Assembly (NCBI GenBank): GCA_013239625.1
Contig: MU053513.1
Span: forward strand, 2,778,927-2,842,926
Source of the DNA: Lama guanicoe
Lineage: Eukaryota
DNA length: 64,000 bases
Direction of reading: 5' to 3'
The notes under the pieces are model-generated. The model did not search any database and was not told where the DNA came from. It was given only the letters and a program-made list of their open reading frames with translations. Both the position numbers and the translations under genes were made by a program. This document shows, in pieces, positions 1 to 13,734 of this stretch (position 1 is its first letter; every line of letters begins with the position of its first letter).

Positions 1-1000
1 AATAAATCTTAAGTGCAGTCATGGGAAGGAAAAGACACAGTCTTCAAGGGACCACCAATAAGAAAACAGTTGGCTTCTTATGTAAGTTATGAAAGCCAGA
101 ATACAATGGAATAATACCTTAGAAGTGCTAAAAAAAAACCCCTGTCAATGTAGCATTCCACTCCCAGTGAAAATGTACCTTAAAAACAAAGGAAATAAAA
201 ACATTGCTAGAAAAAGAAAAATGAAGGCATTCATCGTCAGTAGGATTGCACTAAAGGAAACAGTAAAGAAAGTTTTCAGCTGAAGAAGTATGGTCAGAGA
301 GGAAAATATGAAAATGGAGGAAGAAATTAGGAATGACACAAAGATAAGTATGTGGGTAAATATAACTGAATATAGATGGCACAAAAAATGGTTATGTCTG
401 GGAAATTTAAAAAATACGTAGAATTAAAATGTGTGACAACAATAAAACAGAAAGGGTAAATTTTATTATTATGGAAGAGATAAAAACAATCATTTGTATT
501 AGGCTGTAATAAGTCATGGGTGAATATTTTGATCTCTTTACTATTAAAATTGTTTTAAAATATAAAACTGATAAGATATTAGATAGAAAAAATTGTATGA
601 CAAAAATCACTTGATTAATCCCAAAGAAGGCAATAAAAGCAAAAAGCATGAAAAAAAAAAAAACAAACCTCAGATGGGCTAAATAATAAACAAACAATAA
701 GAAGGTGGTTGTAAACTCAAGTATATATTAACTATAAATGGACCAGGTAGTTCAAGCAAAAGATTAATATTTTCAGGCTAGTTTTAAAAAAAGACATGTG
801 CTCACGACAGTAAGGAGGTACCATGTACCATGTACTGTGTAAATACTAACCAAAGAAAACTGGTATAGCTATACTAATATCGGCCAAAAAAGCTAGAAGG
901 CAAAAAGGATTACTCAGGCTAAACTAGGTCCTGTTATAACAAGTGCCAGTCCATTAGAAAGATATAATAATTCTAAATCTAAATGCATCCAACATTCAGA
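1..1000 (+). mobile_element. Ancient decayed L1 (L1M-type), ORF1 3' part to start of ORF2 endonuclease region
   Basis: A-rich strand with L1-like motifs (atgaaagccagaatacaatggaataatacc; aaatactaaccaaagaaaactggtatagctatactaatatc). No intact frame. Confidence 0.7.
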
Positions 1001-1164
1001 AAAACCGTAACAGTTCTCTGGAGTCTATAAGCCATACAGATAAAAGAGACAGCCTCCAAAACAGGAGAAAATTTCCAGAAGAACACCAACTAAACATAAG
1101 ATCAGAAGTGGTAATGAAGGCTAGAAGAAATAGACCGTGGATGATAGGTCAGGTCATTTTGATC

Positions 1165-1192
1165 TGTGTGTGTGTGCGTGCGTGCATGTATA
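1165..1192. repeat. (TG)n/(CGTG)n alternating purine-pyrimidine microsatellite
   Basis: tgtgtgtgtgtgcgtgcgtgcatgtata. Confidence 0.85.
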
Positions 1193-1964
1193 CTATGCCA
1201 CCCCTGCCCGCTCTTAGAGCAGCCAACTCCAATGTTTGATTCCAGGATTAAGCTCCAAGTGTGCCTATATAAAGTGGGAATTCTGAGAAATACCTCTGGT
1301 AATTTATTTTTTCTTGTGCCAAGATAAGAGGCTATGAATGATCTCTAAAGAGGACTTGACTAGTTACATGTCTCTCTTCCCTGGAACCAACGCTCCCATT
1401 ATCAGCACCCGCATTTGCTGCTAGCTCAATAGAGAGTCTCATCTGTGCTGAGTAAACAAGATGTCACTATCAATACTTGTCAATCAGGATCCTCAGACAG
1501 AAATATAGCAAACATGCATGAGGGGAACTACAGCATGAAAAGAGTCACTGACTCAACAAACAGAGGAAATAACCACCAAGGAAACAGAAGATAACAGAGA
1601 AAACAAGAAAAACAAGTATGTATATTATACATAGACACACACATTTTTTAAATCTCATAAATATTTTAAAAATATATTATCTATGATAAAAGTAGCTGGC
1701 TGCTATGAAAAATAAATGAGTAGAGCTCTTGGAAATTAAAAACAGGATTACCACAAACTTAATAAGTCAGCAGAATGGTTGAAAACTGAGTAATGAACTA
1801 GAAGATCAAAATGAGGGATTCTCTTACAAAACAGTACAGAGGACAGAGTTGAAGAGCACGAAAGAAAAAGTGACTCATGGAGAATGAAAGCCCATACTGA
1901 GTATTCATAAAGACCAAGGAAACAACTAGCCATAGCTGCATGCCTATAAAGCTGCACTTTACAG

Positions 1965-2110
1965 AAATCACTGCCTACATATGGCCATTTAAATTTACTT
2001 TTAATCAAAATATAATCAAATTAAAAATTCACTTCACCAATCTACTACCCACATTCTAAAGGCCCAAAACCACGTGTGATACAGGTGGCCACTATTTTGG
2101 ACAGGACAGT
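1965..2110. mobile_element. hAT-Charlie MITE fragment (MER3/MER33-like) inserted in old L1
   Basis: atatggccatttaaattt...aaattaaaaattcacttc...ccacgtgtgatacaggtggccactattttggacag resembles the MER3/MER33 terminal region. Confidence 0.65.
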
Positions 2111-2989
2111 GAATAAAGACTTGCAAAGGAACAAGGAGCTGACTGATGCCACTCTCTTCATCACACAGTTGAGATGCGCAGAGATTGTAGAACAATGTCT
2201 TCAAAAGTTTTAAGGAAACAAGATTTTCAACTCAGAGTTTTACACTTAAATTATTTCGTAAATGTGAAAAAAAAGTTGCCATTTCTAGATACAAATCCTC
2301 AGGATATACGGTCCCATAGGTTTTTTGAAGGGAACACTTGAAGATACGCTCCAGAGAAGCGTAAAAAAGGATGAACGTGTGAGATATAAGAAAAGATGGT
2401 TAATAGCTTAATCGGGAGGCATGTTGTTAGGTCTAAAAACAGTTGGTAATAAGGCTGTGACATTTAAGGCAATTTCCAGGATAATTACTAAGAAAATTAA
2501 AAAAAAAACAAACTGAATATATAATTGTTAACCATTTCAATAACTATAAAACGGGGCAGGAGGGTGAAAGGAACTTGAAAACATACCAAGAGTCTAATTC
2601 AGGAGGTTAATTTTGAAAAGTACTTAATGTTAACATACAATTCGAAATTATAAGTTTCTATAGCATACTTAAACATATAATATAGGAGAAAAATGGATGC
2701 ATAATTACTAAAGCAGGAATGAAGAAAAACTCAGTAAAATCAACTAAATACAGAAAAGGAGAAAAAAGAAACCATCAAAATATAAAAGAATAAATATTTC
2801 AGTTACAATAATGTGAATTAATTAAAATACCTTATTTAAAATAGAAGTTATATGGGGCACACAAATAATTTCAGCTACATGATCTTTACTACAGTCAAAC
2901 CTGTATTACAACAGCACAGAATATTTGAGCATAAACTTTCACTAGTAAAGCAAGACTGCCCCTAGCAATTGTAAATGTACTTGAGTTTA

Positions 2990-3069
2990 TTTTTTTAAGG
3001 TTATTTTATTTTTTATTTTTTCTATTGATGTGTAGTCGATTTACAGTGTTGCATTAACTTCTGGTGTAC
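2990..3069 (-). mobile_element. 80-bp 5'-truncated younger L1 3' end with 14-bp TSD
   Basis: T-rich tail followed by attgatgtgtagtcgatttacagtgttg. Perfect direct repeat tgtacttgagttta at 2976-2989 and 3070-3083. Confidence 0.85.
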
Positions 3070-5829
3070 TGTACTTGAGTTTAAGTGAAAAGAATTAAAA
3101 ATGATTATGTACTTAACAACAGAACACCAGAAACATAAGGTAAACTAATTAGAATTGTATAAGGTGGAATAAATAAATTTACAATTATATTTGGACATTG
3201 CAATTACATCTCTCTCAAAAATCAGCAAAATGAAATTGTCATAAATAAATAAGTATTCAGATTATTTGATATTCAAAATTATCATGTATTTTAAAATATA
3301 TACAGCTAGAATTTCATATCAATAAACAAAATGACCCATTTTTAATATCCATAGAATATTTATAAAAACTGACTAATAAAGCCACAAAACAAGTCACACA
3401 TTTTAAAAAGTAGAAATCACAGTCTCCATTTTCTGGTTAAAAAACAAGCCACCCTTTCCTGCAAAACAAAGAAAAACAATAACAAGAGAACTCTCCAATT
3501 ATAAATGCAAAAAATCTTTATTTTTAATAAATCTCAATTTTGAGAGGAAATCAAAATTAAAATCAAAGTCTTTTAAGAAGTGAATAATATATCAAAATGG
3601 CCAACCCAAAGATAAAATTCAATTTAAAAAGTGTGGTCTTAAATGTCCATTAAAAACAAAAATATGTAGAAAATAATTAAATAATCAACTTAATGTAATA
3701 AGCAACAAAGCAACAAAAGAATATTAAAGGAAGGACTTAATAAAAGTAGAAAGTAAATATAGCAATAATTGAAGGTAAACCTTAAAAAAAACAGGATTGA
3801 TGGATAATAGCAAAAGCTGAATCTTTGCAAGAATAAATAAGATCTATGAAAAACTGACAAGTTTAATGAGAAACTACATGAGAAAAGTTAGGTAAAAATA
3901 AAAAATAATTAACTCTTTTATATGCCAAAAGTAAAATATTAAGAGCATACTTAAAAAGTCATATTCACCAGAACAATAAAACTATAAAACACATGGTTAT
4001 AAATCTACATAAAATGTGTAAGACCTATATGAAGAAAATGATAAAATTTTACTATACAACATAAAAGGAGATGAATAAATGAAGCAATATATCATATTTT
4101 GGGGTGAGAAGAGCTCATATTTAAATGTACTGATCCTCTCAATATAAATCTACAAAGTTAATAAAATCTCAATCACAATCCCATGGTTATTAATAAATTT
4201 AAACAGATAGTTACTTAGTTTATACAGAACAATAAAGTATTCAAGAATATCATGGAAAACTTTGAAATTAAACCATAATTGGGATCTGTCTCATCAGATA
4301 TCAAATTTATAAATAAAATGATAAATGGACTTAGAAAAATAGACTGAAAGCTTTTATTATATATTTTTTAAACTTCTATATTGAAAAAGCTACCATAAGC
4401 AAAGTTAAAAGATAATTAGGAGGAAATACCTATAACATGTATAATGTACAATGGCTTATTGTTCATTTTGTACAGAGTTCTTTGAAAACATTATAAAGAC
4501 AAGCAGACACTAGAAATCTAAACAAAGGACCATTCACAAGAAAAGAAATACATGTGGCTAAGAAATTTAGGCAATATTCATCAATCTCACTAGTATAGAA
4601 GAATTGAAACTAAAATAAAAAGAGAGTATATTATTAGAAAGTAGAAAAGATTGATAGTATTTTTGAAAATGTGGTGAAGCACAAACTCAGATACTATCCA
4701 AGCATATACTCTTTTTGAAGCACTCTATCAGTGCATAGCTATCAAAATATAAAATGCACATACTCTCTGACCTAGCAACCTCACTTCTGGGAATCTCTCC
4801 TATCAAATATCTTGCGTTTATACAAAAATCATATACACTCAGCAATAGCCAAAAAAAAAAAAAAAGCAGAGAAGATTTTTTTTCAATTGTCATTTGTAGA
4901 AACCTAACTCAATTAGTTTAAGCAAAAAATAAACAAAAACAAAAAGGAAAAATCATATATCCATTAAAAGCAAACAACAAGAGAAAGAAGAAAATTTATA
5001 TATATACATATATCCATACATATATGTATGGATACGATTATTTATAGATACACATATATGTATATGTATGTGTATCTATGTATCGATATTCTCAAGACAT
5101 TTTGTTAAATAACATTTATAAAACAGCTTAAGTGGCAGACTGATGCTAGTATAATTCCATCTAATAACATGCAGCAGCAGAAAGAACGACCACCACCTAA
5201 GTGCAGGGTGTGTGCGGGTGTGCACACATGCATAGAAAAAGGGCTGGACTCATACTAGAGGTTACTTTGAGGGAGAAATGGAGGCAATCATTCACATTTT
5301 AAAATTCTATTTTCCTTAGTATTAAATTCCTCCCCTACAAAAAATCATAATATTCAAATTTGAGGTTTTTTTCTTGTACAAAGAATCAGTTAAAGAAGAA
5401 ATGATGTTTTGGTAGCATAGAGGAAGAAGAGATTAATGCCAGGAAATAATTTCTAATCTGGAGCCTAAGAGACAGTTTCTACTCTCTGGGAGGATAAGGG
5501 AGATAAATAATTCTCAGGTGGCCATGACACAAGTACAGAGGCCCGCAAGAGAAGTAAAAACAAATCGTAGGAGAAGTCAGGAGAGAGCTATGACTTCAAG
5601 TATGTTACCTAATAATTCATGTTCTTCCACCACCTACTGTTGAGAGGAAAATTCAATTCATTTGAAATCATTTATTCAAATCCCTAAACTGAATGGCATA
5701 TTGATTTTGATGTTCATTTTCACTACATTCAAGAGGACTTCGAGGTGGAGCCCTTTCCATTTTTAAGTGTCCCTGAATCACCCATGATTGTACTCTCTGA
5801 ATGTAAAAAAGCAGTCATAGTGGAGGGAG

Positions 5830-6500
5830 ATGGTGTTTTGCTTGGTTTAGTTGAATATAACAAACATTTGTGTGTCAAGTACTGTGCAGGGGCTGGAGAA
5901 GGGAAGATGAAAATTTCATGTCTTGCTCTGAACACACTTCAAATCTGTGGGGAGAACAGAGGCCTGAGATTGGAGCTGTGTCCCGGGCCCTGTGGGAGAG
6001 AAGGGGAGTGATACTCAGGTGGGGATGGAGGGAATTGGCAAAGAATTCTGAGGAGGAGCAGGCATTAAAGGAGAGACTTGGACCATAGCAGGATTTACCT
6101 GGGGAAGGAGGTGTAGAAGGCAGGTCCACGGGTGTGAGACAGTTGCCTGTAGGGGGAAGGAGTCCCTGTTTCTGGGTGGTACGTGGTAGAGTGAATGGGC
6201 AAAGAGAGGGGTGGAGTTGAGGTCAAAGAGGTGGACCGAGGTCAGACTCTTCAGGGCTTTGATTGGAGAGTTAAAGAATTTACATTTTTTACTGGGCAGG
6301 ATTTGACAGGTTTTAAGTTGTAGAGTTAGATTTAGTATACAAGTGGATCTGTCTGGTGTAAAGAAGCGGGCAGAGACACCAGTTAGGAAACACTGGCAAA
6401 AGATCCTGACGTTCTGAACTAGAGCAGGTAGGGGAAGTGAGCAAGTGTCTGAGAAACTATCTAGAAAGCCAATCGAGTTGACTTGTGCAGATGAATTCAT
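5830..6500 (-). mobile_element. L2 LINE 3' fragment
   Basis: aacaaacatttgtgtgtcaagtactgtgcagggg start followed by purine-rich L2 antisense body. Confidence 0.7.
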
Positions 6501-7152
6501 ATATACAAAGGTCTGAGACCAGTGAATGGCAAATAGTAAGCTATTTGGTACTATTCTTAGACCCCGCTATGTTATCTCTGATCTTTAGTACCTTCTGCTC
6601 CGACTTCTTGGACTATCCTTCCTCTAGTACCCCTCCCTCTGGACCCACGGCTCACTCTAATGTTCCTATGATAACACATTCTGATGGTATATGTGCTCTC
6701 TCTGGCTATGGGCTGCTGGACTGCACATCTGTGTCTCATCTGTATTGCCTTCCCCAGCACCCCGCATACTACCTCACTCAAAGTCCTCAAGACATTTTTG
6801 GCAAAGGTAGGAGCCAAAGCCCATAATATCTTACACATACTATTTTCAGCTCAAAATCATGCCTCTAATTGTAAATAAATTTGGTATGGACACCCATTCT
6901 AAAGTTCCTGCTCACAGCTCTTAGTATGTTGTGGATTAAATCATGTTCTACATACTTATGCTGTGATCTCTCAGTCTAACATGGAAAATCTGTGTCATCC
7001 AAGCCTTTGATTTCATGATTAGCAGATGACACTTCAGGACAGCCCATCATGTTTAAACTGTGCCCTGGAATATGGCTCAGCCCTCACAAAATAAACACAC
7101 TCTTCACCACCTTGAGGCTGATATTCAAAGAATTAAGAAAATCCTTTCTTTC

Positions 7153-7619
7153 CTGTAATAATTAGAATGGCCCCCTAAAAATGTCTACATCCCAATCCCT
7201 GAAACCTGTGAACATGTTACCTTACACAGCAAAAGTGAATTTGCAATTGTAATTAAGGATCTTGCAATGGAGAAATTATCAGAGATTATTCAGTCCCAAT
7301 GTAATTACAAGGGTTTTTATAAGAGAAAAAATAAGGGGGGTGGAGGCAGGAGAGACAGAAAAGAAGACGTGACAATAGAAGCAGAGTTCAGAATGATGTG
7401 GGACCATGAGTCAAGGAATGTTGAACAGCTTTGCACACATCTTGCTAGAAAGGGTAAGAAAACAAGATTCTCTCTTAAAGCTTCCGGAAGGATCAGTCAC
7501 CAATAACCTTGCCAACCCATTTTCAGCTTCTAACTCTGAACTCTAAGAAAGTAAATTTGCATTGTTTTAAATCAGTAAGTCTGTAGTAATTCTTTACAGT
7601 AGCAATAGGAAACTAACAC
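7153..7619 (+). mobile_element. MaLR solo LTR (MLT1C/D-like)
   Basis: tgtaataattagaatggccccc...gaaacctgtgaacatgttaccttacacagcaaaag...gcaataggaaactaaca. Confidence 0.85.
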
Positions 7620-8775
7620 CTTTTCCTAGCTTGAATCTCAGTGGTACAAACAATATCCAGTTTATTTGTTCCCTTTGATGTAGTTCCAATATCTCAAGAA
7701 CTACTCTTACATTTCACAGTGTCAGAGTAAGCATGGCTCCTCATTCTTTTTATGACTCTAACCAAGATATTGCTGTAGCATCAGCCCAAATAATCCCAAT
7801 ATTGTAAATTTCCACCTAAATATGGAAGTTAATTTGACTCAACCCAATTTTCTGAAGTTTTGCCAGTATTTTTGAAACCATTCTTTGACTGCAAATTTGA
7901 AAGCAGCTATAGTCATCACTCTACCCCTCTTTTTCAGCTTCCATTTTGTGTTCACATATTTGTTTATCTGTTTTTTTTTCTCTTAGACTGCACTGAGTGA
8001 TAAAAGATGCTTTCTTAGACCACCAGCATTCAAATCCCTTCACACTATATCAACAACTGAAGAATAACTCTGTTGGTGTTTCCAGAATAAATAATGCCAT
8101 TCCCATTTGTTGATGAGTTTAAAAGTGTCAGACTATTCAATTCATAGACTTTTATATTAGAAACTTCTCAGACCTAGAAGACTCTGCCCTGCTCAGTAAG
8201 GTATTTATTCTAAATCTAAATTGCCCTCACTAAGTTGATGCTCTACGCTGACCATCTGGTTTATCTTGGCAATTTTGGTATATTTTTATATGATAATAAA
8301 AATCTTTCTTACTGGTTTTTAAATGAGAAATATGCTCAGTGTTTCAGACATTATCATCAATTTTCAAATTTTCATTAATGTAAAAGTGACACTGTGTTCC
8401 AAAATCTATAAAATTTTAGAGCATAAGAGGAAGAGAATGAAACGAAATGATGGGGTATGTGCTACCTGATGTTCACCTAGAAACCTGGGGTCCAGCTCAG
8501 CCCCTGACCGGTGCCTGCTGTGAGGCCCTCCACCCTCCCTCACTGCTCTTTCTAGGGCCTCTTCTACATGCTCTAGAGGCAGACTTCTGGATGTCATGCT
8601 TCAGTAGTACTAGGGCTCAGGGACAAATTTTAAACATGATGCATCCTTCCTGAGTCTTTCTGCAGACACTCCAGGGGCTGTTTTGTGCACAGACATCAGC
8701 ATATTGGAACTTTTCTGCATTACGAATCTCTCTAAGGCAAGTTTACTAGTCAAGATAAAGAAGTGAAAGGAGTCA

Positions 8776-9570
8776 GTAAGGATATAACAGATGTTCAACA
8801 CCAGTAACCATCAGGAAAATATAAATCCAAACCACCATGACATACCATATCACACCTACTAGGACGGCTATAATTTAAAAGATAGATGGTAACAAGTAAT
8901 TGATAAGGATATGAAGAAATTGGACCTTCATACACTCCTGGCTAGAAAGTAAAATGACACAACCGCTTTGAACAACAGTCTAGCATTTCCTCAAAAGTCT
9001 ACACAGAGAGTTGTACGATCCAGCCATTCCACTCCTAGGTACAGAACCAAGAGAAATGAAAACTTACATCCACACAAAAACTTATGAATGACTATTCATA
9101 GTCGCATTTTTCATATCCAAAAAGTAAAAACAACCCAAATGTCTGTTGGCTGATGAATGAATAGGTACAATGTGGTATATTCATATAATGGAATATTATT
9201 CGGCCGTAAAAAGGAATGAAGTACTGATGCATGTGACAGCATGGATGAACCTTGAAAACATTAGGCTAAAACAAGCCAGTCACAAAGGATCACAAATTGT
9301 ATGATTCCCTTTACGTGGAATATCCCAAATGAGCAAATCCATAGAGACAGAAAGTGGATTAGCGGTTTCCTAGGGCTATTGGGGGCTGGGGACCTGAAGA
9401 GTGACAGCTAAAGGGTGTGGGGTTTCATTCTGGGTGATGAAAATATGCTAAAATTGATGATTATGATAACTGTACAACTCTCAATGTACTAAAAAGCCAT
9501 TGCATTGTACATTTTAAATAAGTGAAATTATGGCATGTCAACTATATCTTAATAAACCTGTTTTATAAAA
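8776..9570 (+). mobile_element. L1MB-type 3' end (ORF2 tail + 3'UTR)
   Basis: Canonical L1MB motifs (gatccagccattccactcctagg; atggatgaaccttgaaaaca; cttaataaacctg). Degenerate flanking repeat aaagaagtg(a/g)aa at 8757 and 9570. Confidence 0.9.
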
Positions 9571-12051
9571 AAGAAGTGGAACGAATGAATATTTCCCACC
9601 AAATTATTCCCTGAGCTGCATCACTGGTTGCATAACCCATCTTACCTCCTCCAGCCCTACCTCTTCTTTATTTAGGACCGACAGGATCAAAACCAGCAGC
9701 AGCTCCTGAGAGACATAGCACTGAACTGGCCAGAATTTTACATGTTTTGTTTTATTTGTGAAATAACAAATGGTGGGGCCATTTGCTTAATCATTTGCTT
9801 CTTCCTGAAAATTCCTGCCAGGGCCCAACTGCATGCCATTTTTCATTATTTTCGAAGGGATGTTCACCTTAAATATTTATTTCTGTTCTCTCATTGCATA
9901 CTCTAAGGCTCTGCTCCATTATGTCAACATTCATATATATTTACTTCTGCTGATTTCTGGTCATTTCTCCAGGTCCTGCCCTCCACAGAGAGGTGACAGC
10001 TGATTATCTTTATAACAGGATCTGAATGTTGCCATCTGATCCAAGCCTCCTTAGCCAAACTGTCTCCAGCCTCCCTTTTTCACTAGCTAAGCCACCTGTC
10101 TTGGACCTGAAACCCCCATTACTAGTCTCTCCTTTGGAATCAGGCAGTGAAGTCCTCCTTGAACTATAAATGTGCCTTGGAAAGGAAAGCATATTGATAT
10201 ACCCCCATGTATGTTCCCCAGTGCAGAATCAAACACAACAGCTGCTCAGTCATGTTTTTAAAGAATGAGTTGGGACGGTGTGGCACATGCAGCATAATCT
10301 AGGGAGGGTGTTGCTACGTGGATAACCTTAGCCCTGGGAAGATGCACAGAGCCAGGAAAGCCTCAGGGCAGTGAAAATCTGTTTACCTGGGTCGCTGAAA
10401 GAGGGTGAAGATCTAATGTAATAGATCTTTCACTGAATTCCCAGTTTTGCCTGTGGTGGGCCCAGGCTCCTTGTTTCCCTGGGACAAGAGTCTTCTTTCT
10501 TTACCCCATCTTAATACACTATTATTCTACTATTGAACTTCTGTCATATTGCAGCAGTAGTAGAAGTAGCTGCTCTCCCCTTGGGTACGCGCCTGCTAAT
10601 AAAGATACATCTCCAAGCGCCCCCAGATCCAGCAGGGTGCAGGGGACTACCCACTGAAGGCAGGAAAGCTCCTTCTCCAAGGGCCTCAGCAACACTCTGA
10701 AGTTTATTAGCATGTGATGTGTCAAATAAAACTCACATCACATTATTAAACAATGGTTACATCTCAAGGTAGGAGCTGAACATATTTCATCGTTTCCACT
10801 GCTGTTAAATAAGGAGGTTGCCCTCAGCAGCTCTTGACAAGTACAGTCAAATCAACACTGGCCTGGCACTGAAGTTAAGTGGCACCTCTTCCTCCCATGC
10901 ACAAGCTGCTTCATGTGTCCATTTAAAAATTGTTTCTGATGGTTACGATTAGCAAAGGTGAAAGGCTCATGATCGTGCAGCCTCAGGCCCTCCACTCTGA
11001 CTTCTATTTCCTGTGCTTGCAATATACAAGGCTGCATTTCTAGCAACGTACAGCCAGAGGGGCTGGCTCTGCTTCTCCGGGGATGCAGAGGCAATGCTGC
11101 ATCCAAATGTATTAAAGGCTTTGTGTCTTTGGAAACAAAATTCTCAAATCAGGCTGACTGAGTCTTGCCAATTTGGGCCCCAATTTAGGTTGTACTTGTA
11201 TCTATTTTGAAAATGAACAATGACCACTCCCTGTGGTGTCAATAATTGATGATACACAAGCTCTAGTGTGATTGCATGTTTAAACGTTATCTGACATACC
11301 ACCCCGCGTGTTTCAATCATAGTTTTGGCTGCCCATTTCTTACCAAAGTGTGCTAATTTTAGCACATTACTACTGAAAATAATAAAGTTTCTATTAGGTG
11401 CCAGAAAAATATTTAGCCTCATTACCTGATAGAGAATTGTTTTCTTTTTATAGGACTGTGATGTGGTGATACCCACCTCCTCACTGGCCATGCTGAGTTT
11501 CATATGTGACATGACAAGATGAGAGAGAGGTACTAGAAGCTTCTGATCTCTCTGTCATTTGACACGGCCACACCTGAAATATGCTAGAAAAAAATCACAG
11601 TGGGCATGATCCTGTTAAAGTGCTTCTCCACAGCAGAGCATCTCTCTACAGCCTAAAGCTTTCTTGAAAGTATCGATACTAATAGTCTACTTAATAGTTT
11701 AGAGACATTCCAGTTGTGAGTAATGTAACTCCAGCAACAGTAAAATCCCACTGTAATGTGGTCTGTTAGGCCACTGGACCACAGTTACGTTTGGCTCGCT
11801 CAAATCTAGAACTCCGTACAGTGAAGGCCCCATGTAGGTGGTGTTACCCTCTAGCACAGACATCTAAACGTTCCTTAAGCATCCACGGTGGCGTTTCCTA
11901 AGCTATCTGTATGTTTGATCTGCTTTTACATTTCTGTATACTTTAGAAAACAGGTTACTCTCTTGTAGTATAAGTGCATAGATCTTCACACTGAATATTG
12001 AAGCCATGGTGAATATTCATTCATTTATTCCCCCAGACATTTATTCAATAC

Positions 12052-12150
12052 TGTAGTGGGTTACATTGTGACCCTCCAAAAGGATGTCCACCTGGACCCT
12101 CAGAATGTGACCTTATATGGAATAGGGTCCTTGTAGATGGACTTAAGGTA
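12052..12150 (+). mobile_element. MLT1 LTR 5' fragment
   Basis: tgtagtgggttacattgtgaccctccaaaagg...cctcagaatgtgaccttatatggaatagggtc. Confidence 0.75.
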
Positions 12151-12499
12151 GCATCAGATGGCTTTTTCTTTGGCAAATCCTGCCTGCTGATAGTTTTTGG
12201 TGGGCCAGTTATTCTTTCTGCTCCACTTCCTTGAATTCTTTTGCTGGCTTCCTTTATCTTACTGTATAGAGCCCAAAGCACACTTAACTTTTAGGTTCTG
12301 TTTCATGTAATCTGATCTATAAGTGTAATTTAAGTTCCATCTACGCTCAGATACTGATTCAAATGTTTTAGCTTAAAAATTTTTTTGCATAACCGTATAA
12401 TATTCCTACATTTTTTCATTTACTGTAGAAATATTATAATACTGTTTACTCACTATTTTTCACACATGAACTTTTATTTTCCTGTGTTATGGTGGAAAG

Positions 12500-13075
12500 T
12501 ACACAGGTTTAGTGTAAAAAAATATCTAAGATTGGAGACACTGTGGTCTTGGGCCAGTTATCTAATCCTCACTAGCCTCAGTTTCTTCTACATAATGGTG
12601 TCATGGATTGAATTGTGCTCTCCTAAAATTCAGATGTTGAAGTCCTAACCTCCAGAACCTCAGAACGTGAACTTCTTTGGAGATAAGGTCTCTACAGAGG
12701 CAATCAAGTTAAAATGAAGTCATTAAGGTGGGCCTAATTCAACGTAACTGGTGTCGTTATAGAAAAGGGAACCATGAATACAGAGACATGCATATGAGGT
12801 GAATGGTGTGCAGAGACAGGGAAAATACAGCCATTTACAAGCTAAGGACAAAGATCTGGAACAGATCCTTGCCCAACAGTCCTCAGGAGGAACCAGCCCT
12901 GCCAGCACCTTAGTTTTGGCCTTCTAGCCTCCAGAACTGTGAGACAAGACATTGCTGTTGGTTAAGCCACCCACTCTGTGCTGCTTTGCTACGGCGGCCC
13001 TAGAAAACTAATACTAATGGCAGTACTACTACTAACCTTGAAAGGTTATTTGAGAAGATTAAGTGTGTGTCAGAT
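12500..13075 (+). mobile_element. MIR split by an MLT1 LTR
   Basis: MIR core gggccagttatctaatcctcactagcctcagtttcttctacataatgg resumes after the LTR (cagtactactactaaccttgaaaggttatttgagaagattaa). Confidence 0.7.
12599..13015 (+). mobile_element. Full MaLR solo LTR (MLT1A/B-like) with 5-bp TSD AATGG
   Basis: tgtcatggattgaattgtg...ggccctagaaaactaatac. AATGG at 12594-12598 and 13016-13020. Confidence 0.9.
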
Positions 13076-13733
13076 ATTGCTGATCACGTTCCCTTTTCTT
13101 CCTTGCCAGCAGAGCTCTGCTTTTTCTTCAGGTATCAGGAAGAGATCCATTGATCCCAAACATGTGGATATGGTGTTTGATACAGGGTGAGCACGTGACA
13201 CAGCTCCAGCTAATGAGAAGTGGGGAGACACTGCTGGCTGGGGGCAGGGTTGGGGTTCCTGGATAAGACAAATGGAGAAACACTGCCCTCTGTCACCCTT
13301 TGTCTCAAGGCTTGGAAGTGATGTGTGGGAAGACATGATGCTTGATAATGCCACAGCCGCACAGCCGTCTCAGGATGTGGGAACGCTGGGGAGGCCAGAG
13401 GTGTCACAGAGGTGCTGAACTGATCAGGAGCTCTGATTTCATTGATTGGTTGAATCAGTTCCCGTGACTCCCTGTATCCAGACTGCTTGTTATATGAGAA
13501 AGAAACTTCCATTTTTGGGGTACACTCAGCCAGGGTTTCTCAACCTGAAGCAAGCTGGGCTCCTATTTCATAGTGTGCACTCGTTAAGCACTGGCTCCCT
13601 TCGCCTCTGTCCTCCTGTCAAAGCTTCCGTAGCTTTGTTCCATTCTGCCTCTCAAGACTTACTCCTTTAGGCTGCCTTGATATCCTTCCTGCTTCTCCAT
13701 CTTTGGTTTCACTAATTTTTTTTTTAATTCTTT

Positions 13734-13734
<1 letters not shown>

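Larger units (their letters stand above)
1500..5200 (+). mobile_element. Long, heavily decayed L1ME/L1M-type relic in several fragments
   Basis: Strong A-bias. Recognisable ORF1-, ORF2- and 3'-like motifs, e.g. agacctatatgaagaaaatgataaaatttt and ctctgacctagcaacctcacttctgggaatctctcc. Confidence 0.7.

Noticed and set aside
89..697. Lys-rich and hydrophobic membrane-like ORFs
   Set aside because: Artefacts of the A-rich L1 strand and its T-rich complement.
6015..6500. Longest ORF in the track (161 aa, minus)
   Set aside because: Lies within a decayed L2, has no recognisable domain, and is of a length expected by chance.
11738..11950. Possible Tigger-like ancient element starting cagtaaaatcccac
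   Set aside because: Could not find a matching terminal inverted repeat or assign a family by eye.
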